A stretch of 64,000 nucleotides of DNA from Sminthopsis crassicaudata (Eukaryota): assembly GCF_048593235.1 (NCBI RefSeq), contig NC_133618.1, positions 33,080,478 to 33,144,477 on the forward strand. Direction: 5' to 3'. Below are positions 1-14,264 of this stretch, piece after piece. The position numbers and the translations under genes were made by a program. Each line of letters starts with the position of its first letter. Positions within the stretch are counted from its first letter, which is position 1. The notes below the pieces were generated by a model. It saw only the letters and a program-made list of their open reading frames with translations. It searched no databases and was not told where the DNA came from.

Positions 1-579
1 AACAGAAAGAAAAGTATGAGGGACAATCTGCTGCGCAGACTCTGAGCACTGGACTCTGCTTACCAGATGCAGAGATCATGATTAAGATGAGGAAGAATCT
101 GAGTGTTGGTAGCCAATGGAAGGTCAGAGAATTAGCCAGTTCAATTACAGATCGTGAGGATCTCTGTTCAGAAAGAGGGGAAGGCACGAGCCCAGAGGCA
201 GCCCTGTTTCTGCTTAATACTACAGCAGAGAAGGCCCTCTGAGAAGAAATGACATCAAAGAAGTTGGGGCATGCATTGTCACTCATTGCAAAGGTCCAGA
301 GGTCACAGAGGAAATATGTATTTAACTTATGACTATATTTGTTTATGATGTTTCAGGAAGAATGCCAAAGTGTTTATACTTGTCACTATATAAGACCCAT
401 TATTGGAATGAATTTATTGGCTATGCAGCTTACTTGTATTTAAATGCAATTGATTTTGTATTTATTCCATGTATATTTATATATGTAGATAATGTTGTCT
501 CTGAGAGAATATAAACATCTTTGGCGTAGGATTTGTTGCATTTATTGTATTCTTACTCTCAGTTAGTTCCTGGAACATA

Positions 580-775
580 GTAGGAATTTTATAAATACTT
601 GTAGATCTTTTTTTTTAATTAATTTTATAATTTTATAATTTTTTGACAGTACATATGTATGGGTAATTTTTTTTTTTACAACATTATCCCTTGTATTCAC
701 TTCCTTTCCAAATTTTCCCCTCCCTCCCCTGGGAGGCAATCCCATACATGTTAAATGTGTACTTGTAGATCTTTT
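580..775 (-). mobile_element. LINE-1 3'UTR terminal fragment (marsupial type)
   Basis: Reverse complement matches the 3' ends of the L1 copies at 10072-11085 and 11160-12124 (acaagggataatgtt...aaaaaaattacccat...tactgtcaaaaaatt). Confidence 0.75.
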
Positions 776-910
776 GAACTTCAAAATATATGTATCATAT
801 AAGACATATTTTATTATGCAGTGCATTAATGGTTGTTGCATTACGTTCTAAATGTCTATTTTTTATTTTGTTCTATATTTGTTCAGAGAAGGTAAACAAC
901 CAAATACAGA

Positions 911-1053
911 NNNNNNNNNNNNNNNNNNNNNNNNNNNNNNNNNNNNNNNNNNNNNNNNNNNNNNNNNNNNNNNNNNNNNNNNNNNNNNNNNNNNNNNNNN
1001 NNNNNNNNNNNNNNNNNNNNNNNNNNNNNNNNNNNNNNNNNNNNNNNNNNNNN
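911..1053. other. Assembly gap (N run); other gaps at about 4077-4263, 19471-19689 and 43366-43520
   Basis: Runs of N in the sequence. Confidence 0.99.
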
Positions 1054-2111
1054 TATGGATAGATAGATAAATGGATGGATGAATGGATAGATGGATACAT
1101 AGATAGATATAACAAAACCCTGTGGGTCTTCCCCTTCCAGATTGGGATTTTTAATTAGGTAAAAGAAGTCATTCTCTGCTTCATTTCTTATCTAGCCTTA
1201 ATCACTGAATGGGCATTGCCTCAGTCAAACTGAGACCTAGAAAAGACCCTAGCTTTAAAAGGGCCAGATCTCCCACTGAATCCAGGGCCATCTTGATTTA
1301 TATCTTGCCACTGCCTCCAAAGGCGAGAGTGAGACTAATGATTTTTTATAGACCTCCCCATCTTAAATCCAACTCACTTGCATATCATCGATTCACTTCC
1401 CTGATGTCATAGTCTTTTTTAAGAACAAAAGACAAATTGCAATGTTTTCTTTCTCAGTGGTGTCCAACTCTTTATGAACCCATTTGGGGTATTTTTGGCA
1501 GAGATAAAGAAGTAGCTTGCCATTTTCTTCTCCAACTTATTTTACAGATGAAGAAACTGAGGCAAATAGACTGACCTGACTTGCCCGGGATCACTTAGCT
1601 AGTAGGTGTCTGAGGCTGGATCTGCATTCAGGAAGATGGATCTTCCTGACTCCAGGCCTGCCCTCTGTTTGCATTGTGTGATTGCTTTATATATTAAGTC
1701 TTTCATAGGCTAACAATGATTTTTGATCTAAATGTATGAATTATTTTAATGTGTGCTTTTGATTATCTGCTAACTATTATATATAGACATTCTCTGAGGT
1801 CCCTTCGTGATCTGGAAGTATCCAGAGCCTGTGAAAAATAGCAAATAAAAGAGTTAGCCATTGTCTCAGAGGGCTGAATAAGGACAACTGTAGTCTACGC
1901 TGTAGGAAATAGGCTTATTTAACTCTAGACCTCAAGGAGATGGAGTCCAGAGTTGCGGAAGACAGTGGAAGACTGTGTCTCAGATGAGGATACAATGAAA
2001 GACTTCTAGGAGCTTCAGTGAGAGGCTTATTAACCCATAGGTCTTTGCAGTGGATTTCTGAATTTGCTAAATAGAGCTGCAATCTCTGGGAGGGAAACTC
2101 TATAGTCTAAG

Positions 2112-2200
2112 TATATATATATGTATATATATATATACATGCATATATATATATGTATATATATGTATATGTATATATATATGTATATGTATATATATAA
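2112..2200. repeat. (TA)n / (TATG)n microsatellite
   Basis: Direct reading. Confidence 0.9.
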
Positions 2201-5028
2201 CTATAGTCTTCTTTGTGGATATTAAACGTTGTTCTTGAAAATAATTAGAAAGCTGAAGACTTGAGGAAAATAGTGTGAATGGAATGTCCAGTGGGAATCA
2301 ACAGAGAAACACCACATGGGGCAAATGAATCTTGCTAGAAGACAATGGCAAACTCCGTAGTGAGGGAAGCACGTGCTAGCTCCTGTATCTGTAGGCCTTC
2401 ATGTCATAGGCCCCTTCATGAGTGTTTTTGAGATACATCTTCCTCAAGCGGGTGTAGAGATGATAATGGAGATCTTATGGGCAGCGATGAGGAGGATTGC
2501 CCCTCGTGAAATGAAGAACTAAAATCTATGACTAAAAACCCATAAAAGAAGTAGATATTTTGTCCTGTTTTTCTGGTAGGATAATTAAGAAGCTATTCTA
2601 ATTTCAACATCCCCTGTCCTACTCCTATTCCCTTCCCCCCACTTTGGGTCGGCTTCTTCTAGGCTTGGCTCCTTAAAGTTTAGAGAAATAACCATTTGCT
2701 TATAACAACATAAATCTGTCACAAAGGCTGCTTCCTCTTCCCCTACATGAAGTTTTATTTCAGGAAAGTATCTAAAATACAGGTCAAGTACTGCTTGTGT
2801 CTCATTTCCCATTTTCCAACTTGAGGTAACCTCAGAAGTAAATAATAATAACCGCATTTATAGAGCATTTTAAAGTTTGAAAAATGTTTTTACATTTATT
2901 AATTCGTTGTGATCCTCCCAAAAACCCTGGGAAGTGAATGATGATATTATGCCCATCTTACAGATGAGGAGACTGAGGCAGGCAGAGTTTAAGTGACTTG
3001 CTCAGAATCACATAATTAGTTAAATAAATGTCTTAAGACTGGATTGAGTTCATCTTCCTGATTCCAAGACCAAGTGCTCTATCCAGTGCTCCACCTAGTG
3101 GCCAAAAGGCAGGCGTAAATTGTCAGCATCTCCTTTGTATGAAATAGAAAGATAATGAAGGAATATTGAGATTCTAACCCAAGTAGCTGTTCACTACATA
3201 GGTAACAGAGCCAAGCCTTTGCAAGCCTAGCAACAGCCCAGGGCATGAATGGTTTGAGGTTTTACATTTTCTCTTTCCAACGGAACCAGAGGTAGCTTAG
3301 GATGTATGCCTTCCTTCCCAAAAGACCAACTCCAGGAAGTCATGGGAAAAGAAGCTTTTTTTTTTTTTTTTTTTTGCTGATTCCAGTAGGAGTTTACTAG
3401 AAATATGTTCAGTTTTACCCTCAAAGGAAATCTCAAGAATAAAAGCGGATACTAGTATTCAGTAATACTAATAATGCTAATTCATTTAAAGTGACATGGA
3501 AACATTGGTAAACTTGGTAAGTATCTTTATTTGTGTTAGAAATTAGCTTATTTTTGGAATTACAGAATCTCAAAGTTGGGGGGAACCTCAGAGGCCACCC
3601 AGTCCATTTGGCCCTGATCAGAAATCGGGAAGCATCCATTTATTCCTCTTCTCCTCATCAAAGTCCCGCCACAGATAGGTGACCAGGGATTTTTTCACCA
3701 TACCAACCCTCTTTTATCCCATGAATGCCAGTTGATGATCCCTGGTTGATCCCCTGTATTCTGGAGGGCAAAAATAATCAGGACCCCCTCAGAGATCTCC
3801 AAACTCAGTCAGCTGCCATGGGAGCCAAGCCCTTTGAATTCACAGGCAATCTATCCCAGGTGTCCTAGCTTCCCTCTGGCACTTCCTACCTATAAATCCC
3901 CAAATCTATGAGTTTGTACAAATGAAGGAGAGACAGACAGAGAGACAGAGACAGAGGCAGACCAAGAAAAAAAAAAGACAGCAGGAGAAAGATACACAGA
4001 GAGAAAGACAAAGAAAGAGAAAGATGGGGAAAGAGAAAGACGAAAAGGAAAAAAAAGACCTAGAGACAGAGAACAANNNNNNNNNNNNNNNNNNNNNNNN
4101 NNNNNNNNNNNNNNNNNNNNNNNNNNNNNNNNNNNNNNNNNNNNNNNNNNNNNNNNNNNNNNNNNNNNNNNNNNNNNNNNNNNNNNNNNNNNNNNNNNNN
4201 NNNNNNNNNNNNNNNNNNNNNNNNNNNNNNNNNNNNNNNNNNNNNNNNNNNNNNNNNNNNNNNCTCTTCTGGCAAAGTTCCCTAGTCTGATATGATAGAC
4301 TGATTAAAAACTGTCTGGATTTTTGTTTGAGGTTATTTTTTGGGGGGAAAGGAGGATGTTGTGGGATTCTCTGAATTTATTATATCCCTTGGCCATATGT
4401 TTCAGTCTGTCCTTTAGAGTGACCCATTCAGATGGATATTTTATCACATCCCATCATTTAAAAAACTTTTCTATTTTCCTCTCAGCTTTCTGATTCATTC
4501 TTACTACTTGAAGCTTTTTGTGAAAAACAGAGACATGGAAAGGAAGAGTCCTTCTATTTTTGGAGACATTAAATGTGTATGCCCCATATGTGATTCATAT
4601 GCAAATCTACTTTTCTCTCTAAGTATATATGCATTTCTGAGAAAACAAGCTCAAGGCTTAAAGAGGAATAATTTGTTGTCATTTTCTTTCATTTTTATTT
4701 CATCAAATGCCTTTGTTGTGATTAAAGTGTGTCCTTTTAACCATTAAAAAAATATACATTGATGGGGACTCATGAAGCTTGAAGACGATTCTGACCCAAT
4801 TTTGAACTAAATTGTAACTAAACTGAAGCTCATATGCAAAGTTGAGAACTTATCAATGATAGCTTATTCCATAGTCAAAATTTTTAGTTTCTGCCTGTGA
4901 TAACATGTCTCATCACTAGCTACTCATGTTCCCATGTGTGTCACATAAAGAACTTACTTGGATCTGCCTAAACCAATACCAGTGTACTCATAAGGCAGCT
5001 GACTAAATTCTTAAGAACCTATTCAAAT

Positions 5029-5190
5029 AGAGGCAGCTAGGTGGCGCAGTGGATAGAGATACAGCCCTGAAGTCAGGAAGACCTAAGTTCAAATCTAGCC
5101 TCAGACACTAAACACTTCCTAGCTGTGTGACTGTGGGCAAATCACTTAACCCCAATTGCCTCAGGAAAAAAAAAAAAAAGGAAAAAAAAA
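5029..5190 (+). mobile_element. tRNA-derived marsupial SINE with A-tail and target-site duplication
   Basis: gaggcagctaggtggcgcagtggatagag head, B-box-like gttcaaatc and poly(A) tail. Flanked by aagaaccta(t/g)tcaaat on both sides. Related copies at about 7440-7580(-), 38088-38215(-), 40690-40825(+), 41777-41915(-), 47714-47842(-), 52330-52450(-) and 63670-63790(-). Confidence 0.85.
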
Positions 5191-6960
5191 GAACCTAGTC
5201 AAATTCCTCATCCCAATAGTCTTGAAAAGGTACCAGAGGGTTCAGGCCGGACTATGCCCTACCATTCTTTTCATTCATTTACCCATGAGTGAGATTGTAG
5301 AAAAGTTTAGTAATTATGGCATAAATCTTTTTTTTTTTTTTTTTTTACTTTTTAAAATTTTATCTCAATTTATTTTATTCAATTTAGTTTCCAATAACTT
5401 GTCATTTTTCCACGATCATTTATACTATATTTATGAAAAAGAAATGACTTATAATATCTTTAGTTCCTTCCCACTAGAAAGCTATATTGTATATGCTCAA
5501 GATCTGAATACCTATTTTTTTCTTTTTATTTCTTTTTTTTAATTTTTACAAAAATTTTATGCATAGGTAATTTTCCAACATTGACAATTTATGGTATAAA
5601 TCTTTATGAATTTCCAACAATAGCTATCAAATCCTAGAAAAATTTCTTTAAAAAAAACTTTCTTAAAAAATAAAATCTTTAATTTTTAAAACAATTTTAT
5701 GAATATGAGCAGATATGTACAACTATCTTTTCAGGTTTATACTTCACTCTTGGTTGAGACACTATGTAATTAAAACATATAAATGCAGAGTTGAAAATTA
5801 AGGATGGAATCACCTTCCCTCAGTCCACCAGGCTCATAACATCACCTGAGACCCTAGAAAAGGGTAGGATGAGCAAGGAATGGGCTTAAGAGGGTAAAGA
5901 GAAAGCTCTTTAGCCCTATAGCTTCGGGTAGATGGATAATTATGACAAGATTTACACTTTTGAAGCTCTGAAATAACAAAAAGAAATTGAAATATTTTTT
6001 CAGAGAACATTTTTTATTGTTAGCTTTACTTGAAAGAATTTACTTTGATTTTTTTTTTTTCCTGACTTCAGGACTGGTACTCTATCCACTACGCCATCTA
6101 GCTACCCTTTACTTTGATTACTATGAAAAGTTGAATAATTAAAATAACAGGTGTGTAGGTTTTTTGGGGGGAGGAAGGGGAAAGGACAGAATAAAATCTA
6201 TTATGCTTTAGGCAACTCTTAAATAGTAGGAGTAATCTCATAGAAGCAGATGATTAACATCAATCAATCCTAGTGAGAAAAATAAGGACATATTGTACTT
6301 AAAAGCAACATATGAAAAAATAACAATTTTAAGTATAAACACAACCAAAAGGATTAGTGACTAAGCATCACCTCCCTGATGTCATGATCCTTTTCTAGAA
6401 TGAAGTAAAAACAACAACAAAGAAAATCTAATTTATTTATGAGGATGAAATTTGACCCCAGAGAAGAAAAGACAAAATGTACATCCCGCCCTTATTTGCA
6501 GAGATGTGGAAAATAGATATGGAATACTGCATATGTTATCTGACTTAATTGATTTTCCTGTTACTTTTGCAGAATTGCTTTTTCTCTTTCTTTTTTTTTT
6601 TTATTCTTCATTATCAGGAATGATCCACTGGATAGAAGAGGAGAAGGAAATATATTAATAAATGAAGATGATGTAAAAAAAGATATCAATACAAATATAA
6701 AATTTTTTAAATGATCTAAAAAATAAAGTTATCCCTGTAATTGTTGGAGCAAATAAGCAAAAAGAAGAAAAAAGAAAAAATGGGCAAAAAGCAAGAAAAT
6801 AGTGATAATAGCACAATAACAGTAACAGACTTTAATATTCCTCTTTTAGGTTAGGATAGATCCAAAAAAAAGGAGAAACAAGAAAGAAAATATAGAGCTG
6901 GGATTTAATTTTTCTGTGATACACAGGAATATTAAAGGATGCATGTAGTTCTCTTAGCTT

Positions 6961-7325
6961 CTTTTAAAAATCAATTATGTGCTAAAGTAGAAAGAAATCA
7001 TAAGGAAATATAAAAGGTCAGAAATAATAAACTCATTCTTCAGAGACCATAACACCGCAAAATTTACAATGAATAAAGAAAATATGACCAAAAGATACAG
7101 GCCTAAACTGAAACTAAGTAATAATCTCCTAAATAATGATTGGATGAAAGAATACATCAAAGGAAAAAATAAATAATTATGTTGACTATAATGATAACAG
7201 TGAAACAAAATATCAAAACTTTTGGGACAACTCCTGGGTCTGTATCCCAAAGAGAACATAAAAAAGGGGAAAGGCCCCATGTGTACAAAAATGTTTGTAG
7301 CAACTCTTCTTGTGGTGACAAAGAG
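6961..7325 (+). mobile_element. Internally deleted L1 ORF2-derived fragment (copy A of an inverted pair)
   Basis: The 3' part matches the L1 ORF2 C-terminal region (ctgggtctgtatcccaaagag...aaaatgtttgtagcaactctt). The 5' part resembles the endonuclease-adjacent region. Inverted copy at 9140-9488. Confidence 0.6.
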
Positions 7326-8084
7326 TTGGAAAATTAATATGCCCATCTGTTGGGGAAAAGCTGATTAAGTTCTGGCATATGAAACTAATGGAACATTATT
7401 GTTTTAAAATTTTTTTTAATTTTAATTTTTTTTTTTTTTTTTTTTTTTTGCTGAGGCAATTGGGGTTAAGTGACTTGCTCAGGGTCACACAGCCAGGAAA
7501 TGTTAAGTGTCTGAGGGCAGGTTTGAACTCAGATCCTCCCGACTTCAGGGCTGATGCTCTATCCACTGCACCACCTAGCTATCTCTATGTTATTGTTTTA
7601 TAAGAAATAATAAGAAATTTTATAAGAAATGCTAAGTGAGGCAAGCAGGACCAGAAAAACTGTTCACAGCAACAAGATTGTGTGATGATCAACTTTTATA
7701 GACTTAGCTCTTCTCAGCAATACAATGATCCAAGGCAATTCCAATAAGCTTTGGATGGAAAATGCCATCTGCATCCAGAGAGATAATTATGGAAAGTGAA
7801 TATAGATCAAAGCATACTATTTTTACCCTTTTTTTGGTTTTGTTTTGTTCTGTTTTTTTTCCTGATTTTCCTTTCCCAACATGACTCATATAGAAATATG
7901 TTTAAAATTAATATATGTGAATAACCTATATCAGATTGCTTGCTAGTGTGGTGATAGGGGAAGGTAAAGGAGAAAAACAAATTTTAGGACTCAAAATTTT
8001 ATAAAAATGAATGTTAAAAACTATCTTTACATGAGATTGGAAAAATAATATACCATTAATATAATTTAAAAAAAAAACTTGGGG

Positions 8085-8735
8085 CTTATCTTTGTAGTGG
8101 CCAGAAACTGGAAACTAAGTGGATGTCCATCAATTGGAGAATGGCTGAATAAATTGTGGGTATATGAATATTATAGAATATTATTGTTCTATAAGAAATG
8201 ACCAGCAGGATGATTTCAGAAAGGCCTGGGGAAGGACTTATAGGAACTGATGCTGAGTGAAATGAGCAGGACCAGGAGATCATTATGTACTTCAAAAACA
8301 ATACTGTATGATGATCAATTCTGATGGACGAAGCCCTCTCCAACAATGAGATGAACCAAATCAGTTCCAATAGAGCAAGGAGAACTGAACCAGCTACACC
8401 CAGCAAAAGAACTCTGGGAGATGACTATGAACCACTACATACAATTCCCAATGCCTCTAATTTTGTCCACCTGCATTTTGGATTTCCTTCACAGGCTAAT
8501 TGTACACTATTTTAAAGTCCGATTCTTTTTGTACAGAAAAATAACTGTTTGGACATGTATACGTATATTATATTTAACTTATACTTTAACATATTTAACA
8601 TGTATTGGTCAACTTGCCATCTGAGGGAGGAGATGGAGAGAAGGAGGGGAAAAGTTAGAACAAAAGGTTTTGCAATTGTCAATCCTGAAAAATTACCCAT
8701 GCATATATCTGATAAATAAAAAGCTATTAAAAAAA
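8085..8735 (+). mobile_element. 5'-truncated LINE-1 3' end (ORF2 tail plus 3'UTR)
   Basis: gtggccagaaactggaaactaagtggatgtccatcaattggagaatggctg... then 3'UTR, ending aataaaaagctattaaaaaaa. Confidence 0.85.
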
Positions 8736-9139
8736 ACAACTTGGGGCATAGCTAAAGTGGAAATTTTATATCTTTGAAAATATAATTATAAAACAGAAAA
8801 AGAGGTCAATAAACAGTATATAATTAAAAGTATTAGAAAATAAATTAGTAACCTTAAAACAAGTACAAAAGCAGTGATTTCATTTTATAGAAAAATCTCA
8901 GATGAGGAAGGTTCTTTTTCCAATGCTGGTTGGCATATTTTCTGCAATATTTAGGTTAGAGCCTTCTACTTTAAGCTATTAGACAAAAGTCATATAAATA
9001 AAATAGAGTCATAAAAATAGAGAAATTTTTAAAATGGGCTAATACAACAAACAATATTGTTTAATATCCAGCAAAATTGATAAACTATTAACTAACCTAT
9101 TCAAGAATAAGAGAGAAGAAAATTATTAGAAATAAATAT

Positions 9140-9488
9140 AATAAGCAACTTTTTGCTACCACAAAAACAGCTGCTATAAACATTTTTGAACATGTGGAGC
9201 CTTTCCCCTCTTTCATTTTCTCTTTGTGCTACAGACCCAGTAGTTGTCCCAAAAGTTTCGATATTTTGTTTCACTGTTATAATTACAGTCAACATAATTT
9301 TTTTCCTTTGATGTATTTTTTCACCAAATTATTATTTAATTTTAATTTAGGCCTGTATCTTTTGGTCTTATTTCCTTTATTCATTGCTAATTTTGTTGTG
9401 TTATGGTCTCTAAAGAATGGGTTTATTACTTTTAACCTTTTATGTTTCTTTATTTCTTTCTACTTTAGCACATAATTGATTTTTAAAG
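9140..9488 (-). mobile_element. Internally deleted L1-derived fragment (copy B, inverted)
   Basis: Reverse complement aligns colinearly with 6961-7325, including the same deletion junction. Confidence 0.6.
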
Positions 9489-10071
9489 GCAACTATGACA
9501 AATATATGTATCCTTTACATATATAAATATATACATATTTACAAAAATATAACAATTATAACTTCTCACAATTTTAATATTATTTTTGAGAGATGTAGGG
9601 TTTCTTTTTCTAATATCATTGGCTTGAATCCTGAGTAGTACCCTTTTTGATTAACCATATTATCAATTCAGCATCACTTTAAGTCAACCAACTTTAAGTA
9701 ATTTTTATAAAGGGGTATTTACTAAGGTGGTATAATGACAGATGGTACAAAATAGTCCCCCAAAAGTCTGTAACAGATAATTCCTTTAGTATACTAAAGG
9801 GAACTTTAGTATATGGAGTCCAAAAGAAGGTAACCTTAAGTTCATAAAGCATTTACCAAGGAATGCTTGATTTTTCTCATTTGTGGGACATTCAAGCTAG
9901 GTGGCACAGTGTATAGAGTATGAAACCTAGAGTCAGGAAACCTGAGTTCTAATCTAGCTTCAGATACTAGCTACTCTGGGACCTGTTTGCCTCAGTTTTC
10001 TCATCTATAAAATGTGCTGGAGAAGGAAATGCCAACAATTGCAGTATCTTTGCCAAGAAAACCTCAGATGG

Positions 10072-11085
10072 ACTACTGATAAGAGAAATGCAAATTAAGA
10101 CAACTCTGAGATATCACTACACACCTGTCAGATTGGCTAAGATGACAGAACATTCCAAATCACTACTGATCAGAGAAATGCAAATTAAGACCACTCTGAG
10201 ATACCACTACACACCTGTCAGATTGGCTAAGATGACAGGAACAAATAATGATAAATGTTGGAGGGGATGTGGGGAAATTGGGACACTAATACATTGCTGG
10301 TGGAGTTGCGAAAGAATCCAGCCATTCTGGAGAGCAATCTGGAATTATGCCCAAAAAGTTATCAAACTGTGCATACCCTTTGACCCAGCTGTACTACTAC
10401 TGGGCTTATATCCCAAGGAAATACTAAAGAGCGGAAAGAGACATATATGTGCCAAAATGTTTGTGGCAGCTCTTTTTGTTGTAGCTAGAAACTGGAAGAT
10501 GAATGGATGTCCATCAGTTGGAGAATGGTTGGGTAAATTGTGGTATATGAAGGTTATGGAATATTATTGCTCTGTAAGAAATGACCAGCAGGAGGAATAC
10601 AGAGAGGCCTGGAGAGACTTAAATCAACTGATGCTGAGTGAAATGAGCAGAACCAGAAGATCACTGTACACTTCAACAACAACACTGTATGAGGATGTAT
10701 TCTGATGGAAGTGGAAATCTTCAACATAAAGAAGATCCAACTCACTTCCAGTTGATCAATGATGGACAGAGGTAGCTACACCCAGAGAAGGAACACTAGG
10801 AAGTGAATGCAAATTGTTAGCACTAATATCTGTCTGCCCAGGTTGCATGTACCTTCGGATTCTAATGTTTATTGTGCAACAAGAAAATGATATTCACACA
10901 CATGTATTGTACCTAGACTATATTGTAACACATGTAAAATGTATGGGATTGCCTGTCATCGGGGGGAGGGAATAGAGGGAGGGGGGGTAATTTGGAAAAA
11001 TGAATACAAGGGATAATATTATAAAAATATATATATATATAAAATTAAAAAAAATTTAAAAAAAAATAAATAAAATAAAATAAAA
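10072..11085 (+). mobile_element. 5'-truncated LINE-1: ORF2 C-terminus (ORF 10088-10705), 3'UTR and A-rich tail
   Basis: [23 protein letters not shown]...[18 protein letters not shown]...EDVF is the typical L1 ORF2 cysteine-rich C-terminal domain. Its first ~80 bp are duplicated in tandem. Confidence 0.93.
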
Positions 11086-11159
11086 GTGACTAAATTGTCC
11101 ATACAATTTCTTCTAGGCAATCAAAATGAATAAAAGTTCTCAAATGCCTTAAAAAAAAA

Positions 11160-12124
11160 AAAAAAATGACAGAACAAATAATGATGAATGTTGGAGGGGA
11201 TGTGAGAAAACTGGGACACTGATGCATTGTTGGTGGAATTGTGAAAGGATCTGGCCATTCTGGAGAGCAATTTGGAACTATGCCGAAAAAGTTATCAAAC
11301 TGTGCATACCCTTTGATCCAGCATTGTTGCTATTGGGCTTATATCCCAAAGAAATACTAAAGAGGGGAAAGGGACCTGTATGTGCCAAAATGTTTGTGGC
11401 AGCCCTTTTTGTTGTAGCTAGAAACTGAAAAATTAATGGATGTCCATCAATTGGAGAATGGTTGGGTAAATTATGGTATGTGAATCTTATGAAATATTAT
11501 TGCTCTGTAAGAAATGACCAGCAGGAGGAATACAGAGAGGCTTGGAGAGACTTACATCAACTGATGCTGAGTGAAATGAGCAGAACCAGAAGATCACTAT
11601 ACACTTCAACAACAATACTGTATGAGGATGTATTCTGATGGAAGTGGAAATCTTCAACATTAAGAAGATCCAACTCACTTCCAGTTAATCAATGATGGAC
11701 AGAAACAACTAAACCCAGAGAAGGAACACTGGGAAGCGAATGTAAATTGTTAGCACTACTGTCTATCTACCCAGGTTACTTATACCTTCGGAATCCAATT
11801 CTTAACGTGCAACAAGAAAATTGGATTTACACACATATATTGTATCTAGGTTATACTGTAACACATGTAATAAGTATGGGACTGCCTGTCATCTAGGGAA
11901 GGGAGCAGAGGGAGGGAGGGGATAATTTGGAAAAATGAATACAAGGGATAATGTTATTAAAAAAATTACTCATGCATATATACTGTCAGAAATTTTTTAA
12001 ATAATTTTATAATTATAAAATTAATAAAATATATAATGATGAATATTATATTAATAATTATTAATAATATTATTGATATTAAGTTATAATAGAATAGATA
12101 TAACATAGTATATTTAAAAAAAAA
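11160..12124 (+). mobile_element. Second 5'-truncated LINE-1 3' end, head-to-tail with the first
   Basis: [32 protein letters not shown]... homologous to the upstream L1. Contains a premature stop and ends in an AT-rich/poly(A) tail. Confidence 0.9.
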
Positions 12125-13924
12125 AAGAAAACCTCAGATGGGGTCATGAAGAGTGGACGAACATGGATGAACAACAAAAACATCAATTCACAGAATGCCT
12201 GAAGAGTTTTTTTTTTCCCCTCATTTGTGGGACACTTCTATCTCTTTGGGTCTCAGGTTCCTTGGTAGCAAAATTAGAAGATTGGATTTGATCATCTTTA
12301 TGATCTTTTTCAGTTTTAACCCTGTGTGGCTAAGACCACTGGTATTAGACACAAAAAAAGATGGCACATTGACTTAGCAGAGCACACATTTTTTTTTTTT
12401 AATTTAAAATATATTAAATATATGGTATTTTTATTTGTTTTATTAAACATTTCCCAAATACATTTTAATTGGATTTGAAGCATTCAGCAGTCTTGAAGGC
12501 TGATTTGCTAAGTTTAACCCCTCTGCCTGAAATCCCATTTATTTGAGGTATATTAATGATCTTGACCTAGCTGATGATCTTGATTCAATCAGTGATCTTG
12601 ATTTTAGTTTGTAGGATCTTTTACAAGAATCATCTCCTTATATTTTCACCACAGCCTATGAAGGAGATACTAAAGTTATTATTCTCACTTTAAGTGACGA
12701 AGAAGTTAGGGCTCAATGAGGTTTATCAAATTGCCAGGGACTTGGAGCCAGCAGGTGTTGGAGGCAGGCTGTGATCCTAGATGGTCCTTCCCCTCTGTTC
12801 TGCATTCTTTCCATTACGCTGTTCTGCCTCTCTCCCAGGATGACAGTTTTCTAAAAATAGGAAGCAATGTGATATCAAGAAAATGCATGCACACAAGCGT
12901 TGCCACAGTGAAACCCCCTCCAGGTTGATTATTCAATCCCTCCCTTCTGTGGCCTCTTCCCTGCAGGAGGGGGGCCTGTTATGGGCTGTGCTGGGAGATG
13001 GGCTCAGGGTCTAACACTGCCTTCCCCTGTCTTAGGAAAATAACTTATTCTTTAAAAAACAAACAACAACAACAATAACAAAAAAAAAACTTTAAAGAAG
13101 AAAAACCAAAAGAAAATTCTTTAAAAAACAAGCCAAACATAATCCCCCCCCAAATTATTTTTTATTATTACTCTTGTTTTTATTATAGTATAAACAATCA
13201 GCTTATCAGACACCAAGGGTACAGTGGAGGATTAAAAAAGTTGTCTTGATTTTTATGAATTTTAGCAAGATAGGATATTTCTTTCTTTCTTTCTTCTTCT
13301 TTTTTTTTTTTTTTTAATTTTCAATGTAGCAGGACCAAACTGTTTTTTAATTTTATTTTATTTTAATAGTTTTTATTTACCAGATATATGCATGGATAAT
13401 TTTACAACATTAACAATTGCCAAAACTTTTGTTCTAATTTTTTCCCCTCTTTCCCCTCCCCCAGATGGCAGGTTGACCAATACATGTTAAATATGTTAGA
13501 GTATAAATTAAATACAATATATGTATACATAGGACCAAACTGTTTAAAGAGTAAGGTTGTAATTCACATTTTTCCTTTATGATGTATCATGGATTTACTC
13601 ACTAGTTATATGAGTATCTATTTTTTTATTAAATATTTTTATTTTCAAAACATATGCATGGATAATTTTTCAATATTGACCCTTGAAAAATCTTGTGCTC
13701 CAATTTTCCCCCTCCTCCTCCTCACTTCATCCCCTATCTAGGGCAAGTAATCCCATATATGTTAAACATGGTAAAATGTATGTTAAAGCTAATATATGCA
13801 TATATATTTATACAATTATCTTGCTGAAAATTATTCTTTCAAAAAGAAAAACAAGGGGAAGCAATTCAGGCATGATTTTCCCTGAGGCAATAAAAACCAA
13901 AACAAAACAAACAAAAAAACCTTA

Positions 13925-13959
<35 letters not shown>

Positions 13960-14264
13960 AAATCTCCTGGAGTGTATTCTTATGTTGACAAAACAAAATC
14001 ATTCAACTGAAAAAAAATTAAATATCCCTGAGCTCCTAGTTAACAACCATTCATACCTGTTGATATTTGATGTTTATTTAATGGATATTTATTTGATATT
14101 TTATACATATAGAAAGAAAAAAAACCACAAATGAATGAAAACAATGGCAATGATAGCACATTCAACATAGTGAATAAATCACTGGAGCTGGAGGCAGAAA
14201 AACCTTGAAATCATCAAAAGTCTCTTCCATTTCTAAATCTAGGATCTTATAACATCATTTGGAA

